Source of the DNA: Aureliella sp.
GTDB taxonomy: Bacteria > Planctomycetota > Planctomycetia > Pirellulales > Pirellulaceae
Length of the DNA stretch: 64,000 bases
Direction of reading: 5' to 3'
NCBI GenBank assembly: GCA_963691875.1
Contig: OY829846.1
Coordinates: 544,001-608,000, forward strand
The notes beneath the pieces were generated by a model. That model was not told the DNA's origin. It saw nothing but the letters and a program-made list of their open reading frames with translations, and did not search any database. Below are positions 61,201 to 64,000 of the stretch, one piece after another. Position 1 is the stretch's first letter, and each line of letters opens with the position of its first letter. The position numbers were made by a program, and so were the translations under genes.

Positions 61201-62365
61201 TAGAAGTACCAGAACTATAAACGTATCCACCTTGTGTGTATGTACTTCCGATCTGGGTTCCGGGCGCGGCAATTTGTACAGACTGATCTCCCCAGTGGGA
61301 ATAGCTAGCGAAGGCACCGCCTTCGTCGATTGCAGCAACAGTGATCACATTATCATGAACTTTACTGTACTCAGCTGGCCATGAGTTGAAATTCCCATCC
61401 ATATCAGAAGCGGGGATGTTTGAACGTGAATTGCCGGCAGCGACGACATAAAGCACTCCAGCGTTTTTTGCCCGTCCAATGGCGCTGGAGATAACCTGGC
61501 TACCGCCAACGTTTGTTCCAGCGTAGCCGTAGCTGTTGTTCGTGATTTTCGCACCGTTGTCCGTCGCATAGTCGATGGCGCGAGCCACGTCCGCGTTGGT
61601 GCCAGTCCCAATTACTTTTAATGACATCAAACTGGCGTTCCATCCGACTCCGGTTACTCCGATACTGTTATTCCCTTTTGCCCCAATCGTTCCAGCAACG
61701 TGAGTTCCGTGGCCGTTGGTGTCGGTCGGGTCGTTGTCGTCGTTCTCAAAATCCCATCCATAGAAATCATCGACGAAACCATTGCCGTCATCATCGATGC
61801 CGTTACCAGCAATCTCACCCGTGTTGGTCCAGATATTGTCGACCAAGTCAGGGTGCGTGTACTCGACGCCGGAGTCGATCACACCGACCACGATCGAAGA
61901 ACTGTCCGTACGGGTGTCCCAAGCCGACGGAGCGTTGATGTTCTCCATTCCCCATAGAACGCCATAGAATTGGTCGTTGGGTACCGCTGCAGATTCCATC
62001 CGGTAATTCGGCTCAGCGAAGTCGATTATTTCAAGGCCGTTGTAATACTCCACCAACTCCTCAACCGACTGTCCCGGCAGAACAGGAATCTCAAAGAGTT
62101 GCTGGTCAGAGCGAAAGCCTTCGCCAAGCGGCCCCGAGAGATACGCGTTGTCGACGCCGCGCTGCTCAACAAGATTTATCGGAGTCAACGAAGGAACATC
62201 AACATCATCATTAAAACGAACGACGACTTCAGACTGCGTGTAATCTGTGGGTTCTAGAACACTGAAGTCGACAAAGAAACCGGCCAATAAATGGCGGGAC
62301 TCAAGATGCTCAACATGGCGGAACAACCGACGGAGAGCACTTCGACGCTGAGATTTGCTGGACAT
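58220..62365 (-). CDS. large secreted S8 subtilase with LExRxLL leader, six tandem Ig-like (Big_9/tandem-95) repeats and lectin-like C-terminal repeats
   Basis: Catalytic triad VIDSG / GHGTHVAG / GTSMAAPHVAG, leader RRLFRHVEHLESRHLLAG, and GAGG SD before MSSKSQRR. Confidence 0.9.
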   Translation of the reverse strand: MSSKSQRRSALRRLFRHVEHLESRHLLAGFFVDFSVLEPTDYTQSEVVVRFNDDVDVPSLTPINLVEQRGVDNAYLSGPLGEGFRSDQQLFEIPVLPGQSVEELVEYYNGLEIIDFAEPNYRMESAAVPNDQFYGVLWGMENINAPSAWDTRTDSSSIVVGVIDSGVEYTHPDLVDNIWTNTGEIAGNGIDDDGNGFVDDFYGWDFENDDNDPTDTNGHGTHVAGTIGAKGNNSIGVTGVGWNASLMSLKVIGTGTNADVARAIDYATDNGAKITNNSYGYAGTNVGGSQVISSAIGRAKNAGVLYVVAAGNSRSNIPASDMDGNFNSWPAEYSKVHDNVITVAAIDEGGAFASYSHWGDQSVQIAAPGTQIGSTYTQGGYVYSSGTSMAAPHVAGAAALLWAEQPSFTYLQIKDAILDNTRAEHLDRVGNGVLDLGAAMAAIAGGQNGAPTANDDTATVDEDNSIGISVLGNDSDPDGDILTVASFTNPSNGSVSNSNNVLTYTPNVNYNGSDSFTYTINDGNNNTATATVNVTINAVNDNPVANNDSVFTNENAAVSINVLSNDTDVDGDSLFVSALTNGSNGSVSNNNNGTVTYTPNNGFFGTDTFTYTVSDGVATDTATVTVTVNEVNDPPTANNDSATVNEDNSVAISVLSNDSDPDGDTLTVSSFTNPINGSVSNSNNVLTYTPNANYNGSDSFTYTINDGNGNNATATVNVTVNAVNDNPVANNDSATTLENTAVSVNVVANDNDVDGDALSVSGVSNPLNGSVTNNSDGTVTYTPNNGYVGSDTFTYTISDGSLTATATVSVTVNGVNDPPTAVNDSANVNEDSSVAVSVLNNDSDPDGDALTVDAFTNPSNGLVSNSNNVLTYTPNANYNGNDSFTYTISDGNGGSATATVNVTVAAVNDNPVAVNDSATTDQDNAITISVLANDTDIDGDSLSVSSATNPSNGTATVNNDGTITYSPAAGFFGSDSFNYTISDGAATDTATVNVTVNQASSGTTDIGVAGTAIDVTHVWKTVNLPMSFNNPVVVAGGSTRDGGHQGVVRVQNITSNSFQIRFQEWDYRDGNHTTENIGYLVVEAGTHTLADGTQIVADKVDLTNETFQTVTFGSSFSSAPLVIAQVQTVNDSAAVVERLRNINGDNFQMQMQEEEAADGIHATESVGYVAIDLGTGTSGDVFMNAVVSGDTVTHRDTTINFGSIGGSSSPVILSDMQKRDGRDTATVRHRAQTSTSVTVFIEEEASRDRELRHTTEVVGVLALESGTLVAESSKSFSYFGRGGDRGGSGEFDGMAAMQFAGIMLAGAHDRFEQSEQDAGVQADGALTDGLIEDADGMETTESATSPRYQVDFLTSAPADSPVSTDSVFGQLEDEELRWWQL
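59370..61025 (-). repeat. six ~92-aa Ig-like repeats (alternating A/B types)
   Basis: The pattern P.A.ND....ED....I.VL.ND.D.DGD.L.V...TYTP....G.D.F.YTI.DG recurs six times. Confidence 0.85.
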
Positions 62366-62875
62366 ACACATACCTCGGAGAACGAACAAGAAACTGAAGA
62401 GAAGAGTACTCCGTGCTAGACCGGGGGTGGACGACTGCACGAACCCCCAAATTTTGGACATGAAATTTTCGCAAATCAACTAGACGGCAAGCCAAACGTC
62501 TCGAAAAAGAGCGCAGGAATTCGACGACACACCCCAGACTCGGGAATAAAAGAACGGTATGGACGATTTTCTGATGCGGCGGGCGCTATTGCAAGCAATT
62601 AGCGAAATACAGTCGCTTTGTATCGCTGTTATTCAGCAGTCTTCTTTAAGCATAAAACGAGGTACATCAGATCGGCGCCTTTGAGTAATGTGAGTCTACG
62701 AGCGAAGTATGAACGTTGTATCGGAAAGACTCCAGAATCCAATTCACAAGTTCAAGCACTCTTGCACTCTCCTTGCCAAGACCGATTTCGATTCTGCTAA
62801 GCTATGCAAATGGCAACGGGCAGCAGCCCTTTAACGCCTGGGATATATTTTGCTCTCGCTCCTTGGTTTGAATTC

Positions 62876-64000
62876 ATGCTTCGTAGAACAGCTCTTGGTA
62901 CTTGTGCGGCGATCTTCGCGACGACGCGAAGCATTTCCGTTGGCTACGCGAATAAGGTCCAGCGCGAGATTCGAGTGACCCTGCCAGAGGCTCATAGAGG
63001 CACTCTAGAAATCGATAGGCGATTGTTGGATAGCTACGGCAAGTTGCCCGAGAGCGTCCGGCAATTTTACTTTGAGTCGAGAGCCCATTTCGCTGATACT
63101 CCGTCTGCGAGGTTCGAGGATGAGGAAATCACAAAGGCGGCAGCGAAGCAGAACATCGCCCTGATCGGCGGACCGATGCTTGGGGACCTACGCTCCGATG
63201 GTGTCACCGTTTGGCTGCGACCTGCTACCGCAGAACCACTCAGGATCGTTGTCGGTCACCGCAGTTTCGTCGTTCCCAAGCACCGACCTGGGCAGACGCT
63301 ACGGGTGTCTCTTAGCGGACTCACTCCAGATAAAAGGTACAACTACCAAGTTGTTTCAAATAACGTATTGGCCGAGGGCGCCTTCACGACCGCGCCTACA
63401 GCTAATGCGAAGGGTGTTTTCAGGCTGGCGTTCGGCTCTTGTTTTCACAAAATTGGATTGCACAACCCCAATCTTATCCGAGAGATTCTTGCACGTGACC
63501 CTCATGCGATGATGCTGCTCGGTGATATCGCCGTCGATGATCGCAACAACGAAGTCAATATGCATCGCGCCGATTATCAACTGCGTGATGTCTCGCGGCC
63601 GTGGAAAGAATTAGTTTCTCAGGTGCCCGTATATGCATCCTGGGACGACCACGACTACTTTGATAACGACCTCAGTGGAATCCCTCGCAGATACAACGCC
63701 GCCGATCGTGAGGCTGTTAGACAGGTATGGCGGGAAAACTGGAACAATCCAATCGCTGATGATGGGAGGAAGGGTATCTACTTCAACTCGCGGGTTGGTC
63801 CTGTAGAGATCGTGATGCTAGACACCCGTTCATGCAGGGACGGAACGCGTCGAAAGAAAAATGGATCTTACTTAGGCAAAGCACAGTTCGATTGGTTCAA
63901 GAAAACACTTGCCGAATCTACGGCTCCCTTCAAAGTACTCTCCAGCGGAACGATGTGGAGCGACTATGTGAGCAACGGCAAGGATTCTTGGGGCACATGG
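62876..64000 (+). CDS. alkaline phosphatase D (PhoD) family protein (partial, runs off the window end)
   Basis: Manual translation gives twin-arginine-like MLRRTAL, GGPMLG, LAFGSC, LLGD, WDDHDY..ND and MLDTRS. Confidence 0.85.
   Translation, partial: MLRRTALGTCAAIFATTRSISVGYANKVQREIRVTLPEAHRGTLEIDRRLLDSYGKLPESVRQFYFESRAHFADTPSARFEDEEITKAAAKQNIALIGGPMLGDLRSDGVTVWLRPATAEPLRIVVGHRSFVVPKHRPGQTLRVSLSGLTPDKRYNYQVVSNNVLAEGAFTTAPTANAKGVFRLAFGSCFHKIGLHNPNLIREILARDPHAMMLLGDIAVDDRNNEVNMHRADYQLRDVSRPWKELVSQVPVYASWDDHDYFDNDLSGIPRRYNAADREAVRQVWRENWNNPIADDGRKGIYFNSRVGPVEIVMLDTRSCRDGTRRKKNGSYLGKAQFDWFKKTLAESTAPFKVLSSGTMWSDYVSNGKDSWGTW

Overview
Bacterial chromosomal window, very probably from a planctomycete (Pirellulaceae-like). 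Lineage markers include a DUF1549/DUF1553 cytochrome c protein, a LExRxLL planctomycete extracellular leader, a YTV-repeat protein, an SHD1 protein, a PEP-CTERM protein, a sulfatase and archaeal-type furan-cofactor C1 genes. Housekeeping genes (mnmE, infC, fabI, fabZ, ppiC, pepE) are mixed with accessory genes and at least seven decayed pseudogenes. The most striking element is an operon at 2997-8863 with three HlyD-like membrane-fusion proteins: one fused to GAF domains, one standalone, and one fused to a PqqD/RRE-like domain plus an intact M50 intramembrane peptidase. A DUF3467 gene follows, and a divergent gene encodes a free paralog of the GAF domain joined to a Cys/His zinc-ribbon. No ABC or RND pump is present, so this looks like an uncharacterised leader-cleaving protein export machine. 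A candidate substrate class is represented at 58220-62365 by a large Ig-repeat subtilase with a LExRxLL leader and no Sec signal. Other notable items are a decayed capsid-bearing island around a PEP-CTERM gene, a CxxCH sensor kinase in an operon with MfnF/MfnE-like genes, and an unassigned structured RNA candidate of about 185 nt. No rRNA, tRNA or CRISPR array was recognised. All calls come from motif recognition by eye, without database searches.
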